DNA from: an uncultured Methanosarcinaceae archaeon
Lineage (GTDB): Archaea; Halobacteriota; Methanosarcinia; Methanosarcinales; Methanosarcinaceae
Assembly (NCBI GenBank): GCA_963733675.1
Contig: CAVTET010000006.1
Location: 1 to 64,000 of the forward strand
DNA: 64,000 nt
Direction of reading: 5' to 3'
In this document: in pieces, positions 1-11,578 of the stretch
Layout of the letters: every line of letters begins with the position of its first letter
How positions within the stretch are numbered: the first letter of the stretch is position 1
Notes under the pieces: generated by a model
Seen by the model: only the letters and a program-made list of their open reading frames with translations
What the model was told of the DNA's origin: nothing
Databases searched by the model: none
Position numbers and translations under genes: made by a program

Positions 1-420
1 ATTTATACACTGATCTGACAAATTATCTTAAAACAGTAAGTCAAAAAGGCTTCAATAGACTCGAAGTTAGAACTGAAGCAGGAAGGCTTTTCAAATTTGA
101 TAAACCTTCAGCAGAAACTGAAGAGAAGTACAACGCGCAGAAAGGTAACATTGAGCGTGAATGCAAGAATCTTCCAGTTCAAGGTCTTTGTGCTGATATG
201 CTGAAAATAGCCCATGGGTAACCTTTTCTTAATCCTTGAGCCTAGAGGAGTGAAACTCGTTAATTGTGTCCATGATGAGCTTGTTTTTGAGTGTAAGACG
301 GAAGAAGCTGAAGAAGTAGCAGCAATTGTAATAACTGAAATGAAGCAAGCTGGGGCGCGATTTTTGACAGATCTGCCATGTATCGCAGCAGTCAAAGTAA
401 ATGATACTTGGGAAAAATGA
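1..420 (+). CDS. Family A DNA polymerase, C-terminal part (starts before the window; +1 frameshift at ~211-213)
   Basis: The frame from nt 3 reads ...VRTEAGR...IERECKNLPVQGLCADMLKIA (PolA NxPVQGxxAD motif). It continues in another frame as MGNLF...LVNCVHDELVFE (motif C) to TGA at 420. The shift is an extra C in gccc. Confidence 0.85.
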
Positions 421-893
421 ATTATTATCTATTATTTTTAATTCTTTTTTTCTTGCACCTTATCCGGATAAGATGTGTAGTTCTCATCTAATCCAGTAAA
501 ACACTCTCAATTGACTACTGGATTAGGTAACAAAAATGACTGTATCTACCTAATCTGGTAAACAAACACAACTCTTAGTCTAAATTTCAATGTCTTATAG
601 GAATACACGAAGAAGATAGATAAATATAGATCTTTTATTTTTTGTTAATTAGTCTATGGTTATTGTTTTTATTTTCCTTTTTGCTTATATTACTCGCTTT
701 ATTCTGTTCGATTTCTAAAATTTTCCCAGTTTTAATTTCTTCAATCGAAATCTTCTCCATAGCCAACTATTCAAATATCAAAATGTCATCCTTTACCATT
801 ACCATTATCAAGTGATGATCAATTATAAATAGTAACAAATCGTATATAGTAGCGTAGTTTCTTGAAAATTTACGGGCTAATAGATTGGATAAT

Positions 894-1117
894 ATGAAAG
901 GTGGTAAAACAAGATTTCAACAGCAATTTACAGAAGATATGTTCCTGAATGCTCTGTCAATTGACAGTATTAAGTCCATACAACTATTATCAGTCCAGTA
1001 GGATGCAGCAGGTCCACTGCTAAAATCATGCTTTATAAGCTTGTAAATGAAGGCAAAGTAAAAAAAATAGAAATTGAAGGCGATGGTTATGGTTGGCAGA
1101 AAATTGCAGGTGATTAA
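894..1117 (+). pseudogene. Small winged-helix DNA-binding protein, frameshifted near 980
   Basis: Manual translation: MKGGKTRFQQQFTEDMFLNALS.../...IISPVGCSRSTAKIMLYKLVNEGKVKKIEIEGDGYGW, which fits a wHTH recognition helix plus wing. Confidence 0.55.
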
Positions 1118-1512
1118 ATGAGTTTTATTGACAACAGTAAGCAAGAGTTTGATCCGAAAATCCATTAAAATTAACGCCTGAATTGAAAGAAGATTATCTC
1201 CAAGATCTTCCGTTTAAATTGGAAGAATGTACGGTAGAATCTTGGAAAGTCATAAGTGTACCCAGTGAAAACTGTGACTCATCAATTGAGAAACCGTGTT
1301 TATTATATACTCCGGTACTTCTTGATAAAGAAGGAAACCGTAGATATTTAACGTTCTGCGAAGAAACACTACAAGACCAAACAGCTGCGCTTGATCAACC
1401 AGCTAGTAATATTTATAAATTGGATTGCACTATAGTCGATGAACATGGTAATAGAGAAGTAAAACCTTTGTTTTTGCAGATTGAAACAGATGATCATGGA
1501 GATCAGTTCTAG
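1118..1512 (+). CDS. Hypothetical protein. The true start is probably ATG 1118, with a frameshift at ~1160 into ORF 1183..1512.
   Basis: The ATG directly follows the wHTH stop (taaATG). One missing A in ccgaaaatcc would join MSFIDNSKQEFDP to NPLKLTPELKEDYLQ... Confidence 0.5.
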
Positions 1513-1714
1513 CCATTTAACTAACAAGTTGTTAAATAATTTGTTATAAATTCTCTCTATCCTATTGTGAAAGAACGGAAATCGGTCAACATCCCCCATA
1601 CTATTTTAATATGTTTTTACAGTTTCTATAATAATGGGATAAAAATTCATATTCCGATCTAAAAAGCTACGTGACTATTTTAATAAATATAATTTATATA
1701 ATTTTAAATTAATA

Positions 1715-2000
1715 AAAGTATGTGGAAAATATCTCGGAGATGCCCCCGGTTTTTTGGCAGTAAAATTATGGGATTTAGTTTTTGTCCAAAAAACGACTTA
1801 ATATAGGCTCATTCTGGAGACTTCTATGTGAAATCCTGTGAGAAACCTACCCGACCCAAAAAAATGCATGAGATCGCTCCACAATCGTTCAATTTATGAG
1901 TTAATATCCCAAAACTCGGCTCCGTGCATAATTAAACTAAGTAAATATTTAAGATAAGACCCGCATATATTATTACAAAGAACTGAAAAACGGTGTAACC
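1715..2000 (+). promoter_or_regulatory. Conserved ~280-bp non-coding leader of the TerS-like gene (copy A)
   Basis: Colinear blocks are shared with 6580-6868: AAAATATCTCG, AAATYATGGGA, AAAAACGACT, GGAG.CTT.TAT, AAACTAA...AAGA, AAAAACGGTGT...ATG. Confidence 0.6.
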
Positions 2001-2299
2001 ATGGCTAGACCGACTAAAATGACGCCTAATATAACCAAGAAAATTGGTGACAATATTGCTTTGGGACTTCCATATGCATTTGTTATTGAATCTGTAGAAA
2101 TCATATATCAGACGTTCAACGAATGGATGAACAAGGGAATACAGAGAAATCTGGGAAATATTATCAGTTTTATCAACAAGCTATCAAACAGAATGCTGAT
2201 TGAAAAAAACCCTTATGCAACAGCTGAATAAAGTGACTGAAGCTGGAAACTGCCAGGTGTGCATGTGGATATTGTCCAAAAGGTTTCCCGAAGAATTCG
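2001..2299 (+). pseudogene. Terminase small subunit-like HTH protein, frameshifted and truncated (copy A)
   Basis: MARPTKMTPNITKKIGDNIALGL... and, in another frame, AGNCQVCMWILSKRFPEEF. It is a clear paralog of 6869..7288 and ends at the junction with the sulP remnant. Confidence 0.6.
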
Positions 2300-3090
2300 A
2301 CAGGTCGTTGTCTGTGAAGAGCAGTCATACCTTTGATATCGACAAGGTGCAAACCAATGAGTAATACCACTGATGAAAGTACACATGTGGGTAAATAGGC
2401 TAATGGCTGAGTAAGAAATACCACAACTATCAAAACAGTGAAGACTGTTGTAAGCTGGGTAAGTTAGGTATACCCTCCTACACTTTTAACCATTTCTGTT
2501 TTAGTTGGACTCCCATTAACCACGAAAGTGCCTGATATAACTGCTGCTACATTAGCAAAGCTCAATCCAATGAGATCTAAATTTTCATTATAAGTGTATG
2601 AGAACTTCATAGCATAAGCCCGAGAAGTTGTAGCACTCTGGGCAAGGATGACAATAAAACAAGCTACTGATGTGTTAAGGATCTTCGGAATATCAGACAA
2701 TGGAACTTGGGGAAAAGAAATATGTGACAAACCACCTGGTACTGTGCCAAGTATGGTGATACCATAAGAAGAAAGATCTAATGCCCAGTTTACAGCGATT
2801 GCACCAATCATTGCTAATAGTGCAACTGGAACTTTGCTGTGGATCTTTCCACTAAGAGTAATTATCCCAATCACAGATAAAGAGACCAAGAGTGTGGGAA
2901 TATTTGTAAGATACAGATATTTGAACAAATATGTGATCTTCATAAGTGTTCCATATGAACCACAGGGGAGCCTGAGTACTTCACTAAGCTCTGAGATTGA
3001 GACCTGAATGCTGACCTGTGAGAAATCCTGTTAGAACCGTGTGAGAGAGGAAATCAGCGGGAAAATCGAGTTTTAACCGGCTTCCAAGGA
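2289..3090 (-). pseudogene. SulP-family anion transporter remnant
   Basis: Motifs DFLSHTVLTGFLTG, NLDLIGLSFANVAAVISGTFVVNGSPTKT and LAYLPTCVLSSVV. It has internal stops and frameshifts, and both ends are missing. Confidence 0.85.
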
Positions 3091-3094
3091 GAAT

Positions 3095-3408
3095 ACTGGG
3101 CAAGGAATGACAAATTTAAATATTTTAGCTGCATCAATTATCCAGTCCACGTCAGAGACGACTGCAATTTTTTCAAATGCGGTATAGTACTATATGCCAA
3201 CCTTGGCGTCTTCCCACATAGCCTCATAGGTAAAACCTGTGAAATTCGAGCCTAATTGATAGAGCATACGAATTTTCCCATGCTTTTGTATTTTACTCTC
3301 AATGGCAGGAATTAACACGTTGTCATAGTCTTCACTTGTTATCTTTCCGTTTGCAATTACTGCTACGACGTTTTCAGGTAAACCTTGCATTATTTCGATC
3401 ATTTTCAT
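3095..3408 (-). pseudogene. SpoIIAA-like (STAS/SEC14) protein with in-frame TAG, 3' end fused to the sulP remnant
   Basis: ENVVAVIANGKITSEDY...GKIRMLY...AMWEDAKVGI*YYTAFEKIAVVSDVDWI continues in frame past the TAG at 3190-3192. Confidence 0.8.
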
Positions 3409-3534
3409 TTCCCTGCTTGATGTTTAATAAATTCGGTGTTTCAGTAGGTATTCAGACTGACCTTTCCCACAAATAGTTGCTTGATTATCAATTCAACAAA
3501 AGTTTATTGATGTGGATTAATACCAAGATTAGGA

Positions 3535-3645
3535 ATCTTCTCAAATTATTTGTTAATTTCCTTCCAGTTAACTTTATTTCAGACTGCATCCATGAATTTT
3601 ATTCTCTCACGCTTGATCCAAGTAATGAAGGCTTGTTCCAAGATA
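3535..3645 (-). pseudogene. Possible Fe/Mn superoxide dismutase C-terminal remnant
   Basis: Degenerate EQA/HYLD...RIKFMDAV*NKVNWKEINK*FEK resembles the SOD C-terminus (EHAYYLDY...FW..VNW.EV..RF). The match is short and broken. Confidence 0.3.
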
Positions 3646-4045
3646 ATTTCAGTAACACATGGTTATTTTTGAACAAAATTATTGAAGCTGCTTATGAAAA
3701 GTTATAATCTAAGTACAATAAAATCCTTAAATTATTTTGCAGTGGGTACTAAGCATATCCCCTTACATTTATAGCCACAAAATTGGTGGGTGAAGGTGCA
3801 CTTTCCACTAAGCTTTTTAGCATATATTTAATCCATTTAGTCTGTCAAATCCATTTTTATTAGGATAAAATTTACGCAGCTTAACTGAGGGAACAGTTGT
3901 ATAAAGATCAATTCAATCAATTTGGTTTTTGAGTTCTAGAAATGTCCTTATAATTCGATACAATTTTGAACACTAAATTCTTAAGAACAGAAGATATCTT
4001 TCTAGCACGGTAATACTTATTACAGTCAAAAGTAGATAGTTATAA

Positions 4046-5404
4046 ATGGGTGTTCCAGAGAAAAAATATCTTCGAGGAGCTAATCTTGAAGGAGCTAACC
4101 TTGAAGAGGCTGACTTTCAAGGGGCCAACTTTCAAGGAACTAAACTTGAAGATGCTAATCTTGAAAGAGCTAACCTTCAAGGAGCTAACCTTGAAAGTGT
4201 TAACCTTAAAAAAGCTAATCTTAAAGGAGCCGACCTTATAGGCGCTAATCTTATGGAAGCTAACCTCCAATTGGCTAAACTTCATTTTGCTAACCTTAAA
4301 AATGCTAACCTTCAAGGAGCTGACCTTCAAGGAGCTGATCTTTATGGAGCTGATCTTCAAGGGGCTAACCTTCAGGGAGCTAGTCTATATGGAGCTGACC
4401 TTCGAGAAGCAAACCTTGAAGAAGCTAACCTTCAAGGAACTAAACTTGGAGGGGCTAAACTTGAAAGAACTAAGCTTGATAGGGTTTATCTTATAGAAGC
4501 TAACCTTCAAGAAGCTTATCTTATGAAGGCTAATTTTCAAGGAGCTAATCTTCAAGGAGTTAATCTTAAATTGACTTACTTAATAGAGGCTAATCTTCAA
4601 GGAGCTAACCTTAAAGGCGCTAATCTTGAAAAGGCTGACATTCAAGGGGCTAATCTTCAAGGAACTAACCTTAAAGAAGCTAATCTTGAAAAAGCTAACC
4701 TTCAAGGAGCTAAACTTGAAGAGGCTAATCTTGAAATGGCTAACTTAAAAGGGGCTTCTCTTGAAAGAGCTAATCTTAAAAAAACTAATCTAAGGAGGGT
4801 TAACCTCATAGAGGCTAATCTTAAAGAGGCTAATCTTCAATTGGCTAAACTCCATTTGGCCAACATTAAAGGAGCTAATCTTCAAGGAGCTAACCTTGAA
4901 GGAGCCGATCTTTTTTATGCTAATCTTACAGAGTCTAACCTTGAAGGAGCTGACATCCAAGGAGCTAATCTTCAAGGAGTTGATCTTGATGGAGTTGAAT
5001 TTCGAGGAGCTAATCTTAAAGGAACCAAACTTGGAGGAGCTAAACTTGATAAAGCCAACCTTGAAGGAGCTAATTTAAGAGAAGCTAACCTTGAAGGGGC
5101 TTACCTCATAGAAACTAACCTCAAAAAAGCCAACCTTCAAAGAGCTAATCTTATAGGGGCTAATCTTCAAGGAACGCATCTTGAAGGAGCTAATCTTCAA
5201 GAAGCTAATCTTGAAGAAACTAATCTTGAAGGGGCTGACTTTGAAGGAGCTGATCTTTACGGAGCTAACCTTGAAGGAGCTCAGCATTTATCAATTAACC
5301 AGCTTTCAAAAGTGAAAACACTTTACGATACAAAATTAGACGAAGAGATTCTCACACCATTAAAAAAGAAGTATTCTGCTCTTTTTGAAAAATCTGATGA
5401 ATGA
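4046..5404 (+). CDS. Pentapeptide repeat protein
   Basis: About 80 tandem A(N/D)LxG-type pentapeptides, followed by a short C-terminal cap (LSINQLSKVKTLYDTKLD). Confidence 0.95.
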   Translation: MGVPEKKYLRGANLEGANLEEADFQGANFQGTKLEDANLERANLQGANLESVNLKKANLKGADLIGANLMEANLQLAKLHFANLKNANLQGADLQGADLYGADLQGANLQGASLYGADLREANLEEANLQGTKLGGAKLERTKLDRVYLIEANLQEAYLMKANFQGANLQGVNLKLTYLIEANLQGANLKGANLEKADIQGANLQGTNLKEANLEKANLQGAKLEEANLEMANLKGASLERANLKKTNLRRVNLIEANLKEANLQLAKLHLANIKGANLQGANLEGADLFYANLTESNLEGADIQGANLQGVDLDGVEFRGANLKGTKLGGAKLDKANLEGANLREANLEGAYLIETNLKKANLQRANLIGANLQGTHLEGANLQEANLEETNLEGADFEGADLYGANLEGAQHLSINQLSKVKTLYDTKLDEEILTPLKKKYSALFEKSDE

Positions 5405-6395
5405 ACGGTGATCACCAACTAACAACTCGAGAAATTGACCTATATCAAAATTAATTAGATAACAAAGATAATTATTATGGAACATGCTATAGGTTCTCTA
5501 GCTTAATTGTACACAAATCAGATTGAATTTATTGTTGATATTAGAAGTTTAAAATCTAGACTTAAAAACGGATCATTCCGACGATATTATTATAAACTTA
5601 TCCATTAATAAACTATATGAAAAATAAAAGTCGCACCTTGAATCCGAGCTTCATAGCACAATAAACAGAGATTATGAGCTGATCAGAAAATTTGAAGCAA
5701 CAACTGTCTCACTCCATGGTTCACAAGTAGATTTATCAGAAAAGATGAAGTGGGTTACAGAGACAGATGATAATTTTGAGCAAAATCAAAAGGCTATGAT
5801 GTGAAAATGAAAAGATAAATGAAGAACATTCTCTGGAAATAATAATATATTAAGAAACAATGGGATAAGCTAAAAACAGTATTAAATAAGAACAAGTTTG
5901 TAAAATAACTAAAAAGCTATTCAAAGCAGGAAAAGTTCCTGTCCCTATTGTTCAAATAGTGGATCTGAAGATGTTATGTACAGCTTTTTGTTAAAATCTA
6001 CATCAATTGAGGATATTGAAAATAAAAGAAGTGTCCTAAGGATAAGAGAAAGCTATCTTTACTGTGATATGTGATTAAAAAGTAAATTATTTAGGGATAA
6101 AACACTCCATAAATCTTCTATATTTTTTGCAAAGGTTTTGCAAAGCTGAAAAGCAACTGGAAAATCAAAATCTTCCTTACTTATTTAATATTTTAGTATA
6201 ATTTTCATGATTATGGAATCCAAATTCATATTATTAGCCTAGGTGATCAGGTTGATCTAAAATATCAAAAAAGTTGATCTTATGAACTGCAGTGAGTCAA
6301 TGCCTGCAGTCGGATATATGCCCAAGTAAAGGTTCCAAAAACCTTTAAAATATAACTATATTTTGCCAATATACAGTTTTTGCATATATACTAAA

Positions 6396-6955
6396 AGTTT
6401 AATCAGCGTGCTGTTTCGGGAAAGCAAGGATGGTAGACTCCATATTAACCTGCAAGTAATTGGAGCTTACCTACTCGTTTTAGTAAAATTTTAAATAAAT
6501 AGCATTATTCATATATGGACGATCATCCAAAATCTAAGAAATATACATCCAACCTAAGTTATATATTTATTAGAAAATGAAAATATATGAAAAATATCTC
6601 GAAGGTATTTACCGTGCCACGCCAACAAATCATGGGAAATGAAATTGGTCAAAAACGACTCACTCTGAGGTTAATAGGGAGTCTTTTATTGGAAGTCTAT
6701 TGAACAAATTACATTACTCTACTCAAAATAATAGCCCACAGAGCTGGAAAATTGCTCATTTTTGATTTGAAGCGTATAATCCCCGCTTCTTATGCAGAAC
6801 AAAACTAACTTAATATTAAATACAAGATTCGCTAATATTAATTTTAAAAAATAAAAAACGGTGTTAACATGATTCGTCCTTCGAAGCTCACTAAGGAAAT
6901 ACAACAGAGAATCGGTGATAATATTGCACTCGGTTTGAATTATAGCTTGGCTGCC
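6396..6955 (+). repeat. 560-bp near-identical inverted repeat, copy 1 (partner 11754..12313)
   Basis: The reverse complement matches 11754..12313 with only a few mismatches. The same spurious 61-aa ORF appears at 6719 (-) and 11805 (+). Confidence 0.95.
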
Positions 6956-7288
6956 GAAGCTGCAGGAATCACGTATAAGACGTTCAGTCTCTGGATGGCG
7001 AAAGGAAGAAATTCAACTTTTGGTGAATACTTTGAGTTCTACAAATTTATTCCAAAGTGCAATGCTGATTCCGCTAGAAGGCTTTTAGAACGTCTACATA
7101 AGGCGATTGATGCTGGAAATTGCCAGGTGTGCATGTGGATTTTGGAGAGACGTTTCAGTGAAGACTTCGGCACGAGGGTATATCGGAAAACAAATGTTGT
7201 TTCAGAAAATATAAACACAAATGTTGAGATAACAGTCCAGGGAGCAGATATACTTAGAAAACAGATTCTAGAGAAGTTTGTCCAGTAG
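6869..7288 (+). CDS. Terminase small subunit-like HTH protein (copy B, intact)
   Basis: MIRPSKLT... N-terminus, HTH (SLAAEAAGITYKTFSLWM), ...WILERRF..DFG and a C-terminal beta/coiled segment. This layout is typical of viral TerS, but the call is by pattern only. Confidence 0.6.
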   Translation: MIRPSKLTKEIQQRIGDNIALGLNYSLAAEAAGITYKTFSLWMAKGRNSTFGEYFEFYKFIPKCNADSARRLLERLHKAIDAGNCQVCMWILERRFSEDFGTRVYRKTNVVSENINTNVEITVQGADILRKQILEKFVQ

Positions 7289-7305
7289 TATAATTGCAGC
7301 TGATA

Positions 7306-7460
7306 TTACCAAAATCGCCACCACTGTTTTTTAGCTCCTGGTGCTTCAACTGTCTTTTGATTAATTAGAGTTTGAACTTGAACCATGTAATTATCGAACG
7401 TTTTTTTAAGATCATCCTTATCCTCACGCGCTTAGTCTAAATTTTTTTTAAGATCTCATT
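7306..7460 (-). pseudogene. C-terminal remnant of a coiled-coil protein ending in KKQWWRFW
   Basis: EILKKNLD*AREDKDDLKKTFDNYMVQVQTLINQKTVEAPGAKKQWWRFW*. Such amphipathic KKxWWxFW tails are common on plasmid/mobile-element coiled-coil proteins (DUF536-like). Confidence 0.5.
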
Positions 7461-7934
7461 GTCAGTTCCACACGAAATAAGAAAAAGTTATGGATCTGTG
7501 ACTCATGGAGATTATGCGACTTATAGAACAGATGGAGTTCAGGGAACACCTGAAACTAAATAACCGAATAAACATTCGGATAGAATTAAACAGTTAAGAA
7601 AAAATAAGCTTTAAAGCATCGAGTTGGCCATCTCGCCAACTACACAAACAATATTCTATTGTTGTTAATTTCATGTTGATAGATCTTAACTCCCTGAATA
7701 ATTTCAAATGATTGGTCGCCTAATTCGCTAGGGCAATAATGATATCCCTTCATGTAATCTACCTTATCCTTTTTCTTTGTAAGTCTTCCGCAGAACTTAT
7801 CAGTATATCCTTCATTGAAATTAATGAGAAGCCAATAGTTTACCACCACCAACTGCCTATCTTCACCTTTCAGAGCATTGATCAACGGCCGTATTGCTTC
7901 TTTAGGCTTGATATTTTAAGGTGCCTTGTTGTCT

Positions 7935-8293
7935 TCAACAATTATTAATGAAATTCAATATATTGCAAGATGTCTCATCATAATCACGCAAAAGGATAGT
8001 AGGTACAGTTTTTAAGTAAGAAGGCATTTCACTATATTCAGCATTAATAATTAAAATTTTTTTACCTTTAGACATTCCATACCCAACGTGATAATACACA
8101 TTGGAATTTTTCTCTATCATGAAAGCGATAAGAAGGTCACATATAGCTATAGAATCATGAAAAACACTTTCTTTTATTTCCAAGGAGTTTGCCTAATATA
8201 TTTGTGCACCATGTGATTTTAATTCGTTTTTCAGTAACTGTACATAATCGCTTTCTTTCCCATTAAAAGTATAGGATAGAAAACCGTCTCCAT
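7935..8293 (-). pseudogene. TIR-like / nucleoside-deoxyribosyltransferase-like protein, disrupted
   Basis: METV/FLSYTF...LKNELKSHG..*...SIAICDLLIAFM...SNVYYHVGYGMSKGKKILII. It has a frameshift at ~8282 and an in-frame TAG at 8193-8195. Confidence 0.55.
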
Positions 8294-8749
8294 TTTTGAA
8301 ATCTATCTAAATATTTTTTTATTGAATATATAATAATACAGTTTTATATATATATATATATGTATTTTATTATTATTGTTACAAAGTAAACCCCTTATTT
8401 AGTTTTTTCCGAGTGCCTATCAAGGTCTCTTATCCGAGAATGACCCTGGGTATTATCAAAAATAAACGAATGGAACAACTCAAAAATATTGTGGAATGCT
8501 GAGCAAATGCAAGTTGCGGTTTTTATTAAAAAGAGTCATTTTTTCAGAAAAACATAATAGAAAATTTATAAAGTTCAAAAACAATACTGCTTTGCAGAAC
8601 AGATGAATAAACCTCTTTCAGTAATTGATATACTGTTGATATGTGCATCGTCAACAGTATCCTCTTTCCTATTCAGAACTAATTTTGATTTTCCATAATT
8701 GTTAAGCAAATTCGGCTTCTCTATTATATCTTTTAACCTTGTTTGTATT

Positions 8750-9400
8750 GTATGCTTGTATGCAAAGTCTTCGGCAATTATCGGCAGCTTATCAACGTAT
8801 GTCTAGGAAGTGACAATCACACCTGCAGGAATATACTTATTGTCATAAATTATTACGCCAATAGCTGCTGATTTTGGTTCAAGTACACAGTTGTTTCCTA
8901 CTTTTGCCTTAAAAACAAGAGTTTAAAAGCCAATAAATCTATCGTTACTTACATAAGCTGGGCCATGCACTATAGACGGGTGAGCAAGAGTAACATTTTC
9001 TCCACATAGATAGAGGATTTTTACCATTGACATCAACAAGGTGCTTTTCGACCGGTTTACCTTGTTCGTCAGTTGTCTTAAGGCCATGAATCACAACTCC
9101 ATCTTGGACATTGCTATCCTTACCTATGAAAACAGGCATTCCCTCATCTACACGGGTAGATGCCATGGGAGCAACCATCACATTAGCGTTGATTATCACG
9201 TCTCCAATGACTGAAGCCTGGGGGTGTATATATGCTGTGGAATCAATTACAGAGATGGGGTTATCACCACTGTTTGTCCTATATACCGTTTTTCTTCCAA
9301 CTTGATCACAACTCAATGGCCACTGGTGGGTTGTTTACATTGTGAACATTTTGGGCATTATGCACAGTTCATAGAGGTAGCAGTTCCAGATATTTGCTTC
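8750..9400 (-). pseudogene. cam: Gamma-class carbonic anhydrase (Cam) pseudogene
   Basis: VIDSTAYIHPQASVIGDV...APMASTRVDEGMPVFIGKDSNVQDGVVIHGL, then frameshifted HGPAYV, AKVGNNCVLEPKSAAIGV and LPIIAEDFAYKHT. Confidence 0.9.
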
Positions 9401-9656
9401 AACACCCATTTCACTCTATTTTATTAGCTATACTGCCTAAATATCCACTAATCGAATTCGAAAATTGATATACTCAATCAACTACGTTTTGGATAAAATT
9501 CGTTAGCTTATCATAGACTGATTTAATTAATGTGCAATATTTTTCAGAAAAAAAAATCTAGCCTTTGAAAGGCTACTTGAATAGTTACAGAAATTTACTA
9601 TTTTAGATTATTTATATCACGCCGAAATTAAATTGGTTTTATTTTTAAGTTTCTTT

Positions 9657-9884
9657 TTATTGTTTGAGCATTTCCTGAACTTTTTTAATATCCGCGATGG
9701 CTTCTCTTTTAATCTCGATCATCTTTTCCATACCATATATTTTCATTTCAAAAATTTTTATGAATTTATTCATTCTCATTACTGCAACTTTCTTTTTTTG
9801 TTCTTCAGTCAGAAGCTCCCACATCTCAACCATAGCGGTCTCCATCATAGATCCCTGTCCCATCATAGAATGTTCTTGGCACAT
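9657..9884 (-). CDS. Small Met-rich helical hypothetical protein
   Basis: MCQEHSMMGQGSMM...MWELLTEEQKKKVAVMRM..., with an AGGAG Shine-Dalgarno upstream of ATG 9884. Confidence 0.65.
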   Translation of the reverse strand: MCQEHSMMGQGSMMETAMVEMWELLTEEQKKKVAVMRMNKFIKIFEMKIYGMEKMIEIKREAIADIKKVQEMLKQ

Positions 9885-11578
9885 GTTAAAGATATCTCCT
9901 TCATTGATAATATTTTTTAATTTACATTTCAAAAATGAACCAAAATATTAGTACATTTAAATATTAGTATATTTTTTTATTTCTCGTTCCAACAAATTGC
10001 TTATGATGCTTATATAAGTAATTTATTGCAACTAACATTTATTATTTCCATATGTTATTTTTAATTAATGACATAAAAAATAGTTTTTGAATAAAATTTA
10101 CTTTCGAATAAAATGTTTTAAAACTGTAAAAATCATCATAAATATCAAATTGTTTTTTGATTGTGAAAAATATTGTCAGGCATTGTTTTTCTATCAGAAG
10201 CTATTTTTCATATAATTAATTTAAAATAATCATGGAGAGAATTGTATATTGTAGTGTAGACACCAGTAGATGCTACAAATCAAAAGGATTGGGAAACAAC
10301 CGGTAGGTATGTGGAGAAAGAATTACTTGGAAGATGTTGGGCTTATTTCAAATTAAATCTAGAGTGATCAAAAGAAATCCGAAAGGACTATATTTGGGCA
10401 AATGATAGAAACAACTCTTCCAATATTAATGGTAGATATTTAAAATAAAATTTTAACCGGACTAAAAGCATTTTGATTAAAAATTATATATAATAAATAT
10501 AATCTGAAAATAAAAACGGAGATTCGATTTGGACCAACAATTACTTTTCAATCTCTTAATTCTGAAATCAATAAAACGCAAAATGGAGCTACTGTGTACA
10601 AGCTTTTGGGTGTATACAATCAGAGAACACTATTTTTTTTTGTGTGAAAACCTGGGTGTTTTCTTATTTTTCAGCCTAAATTGTAATATTTTTACTTGAT
10701 TGCATAGGAAATACACCCTTTTTATTAAAAAATACGTTATATTAAAAGCCTAAAAGCTGCAATCTTTATTTCGGGAAGGATAAATATAAATTAAATAATT
10801 AAGTAATTATTTAATTTATTCAGAGCAAGTCCTTTACCGCACTAAACCATTGAATTTTGCGTTCAAATTACATCTCTCGCATTAACTAGGAGCTGAGACT
10901 GGGGAAGAAACAATTTGGTATCCTTCAAAATGGAACTGTGAATGCTTGCACTGTGAAGCAACTAACAAATGTTCCATGCCTCAGAAAGACCTTGTGCGCA
11001 TCGAATGTAGAAAAGGATTTGCTGCTTCTGTAGCGCATACCGAAAAATGATTAGACCGTATATCAAAGAAATTAAATTTGTCATTAGTAGGAATTACTCG
11101 GTGAGATGAGAAATCAATTGTGTTAAACCTATATAAGGCTTAGAGAAAATATAAATCGGTCTGCTAAGGACCTATCCGAGAGTGTTATAATCTACTGTAA
11201 CTTCTATAATTTATAATATGTACTACCGGTGCAGCTACTCGATATCATTGATCTGTTGTAACTTTTAGATATACAAGTATCGGATTTTTGGATAGGGTTA
11301 GAATGTTTGGCTGTAAAATAGATAATCTTGTTTTAAAAAGTCCAGAATAATGGTATATCGGCTTGTGTATAATTAACGAGTTAAGACTTAACGTAACTCC
11401 CAAGTTCATTTTATTTGAACCACAAAATTTAGGCAAATTCAATAAAATCTATCCAGGTTGGAGGATAAGTATTGCATCCTTCGGATCGCGTCTTCGACGC
11501 TAAATGCGAATTACCATACTTGACTTTATATCCTGAAGTTTTCTGCATTTGTAATAATTTGGTTTTGATGCTTTAATT

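Noticed and set aside
4040-5287. Antisense and alternate-frame ORFs over the pentapeptide gene
   Set aside because: They are by-products of the 15-nt repeat periodicity.
5600-6090. Degenerate reading frame with a CPYC motif
   Set aside because: It is too fragmented to assign a family.
10830-11520. Possible decayed gene on the minus strand
   Set aside because: No motif could be recognised with confidence.
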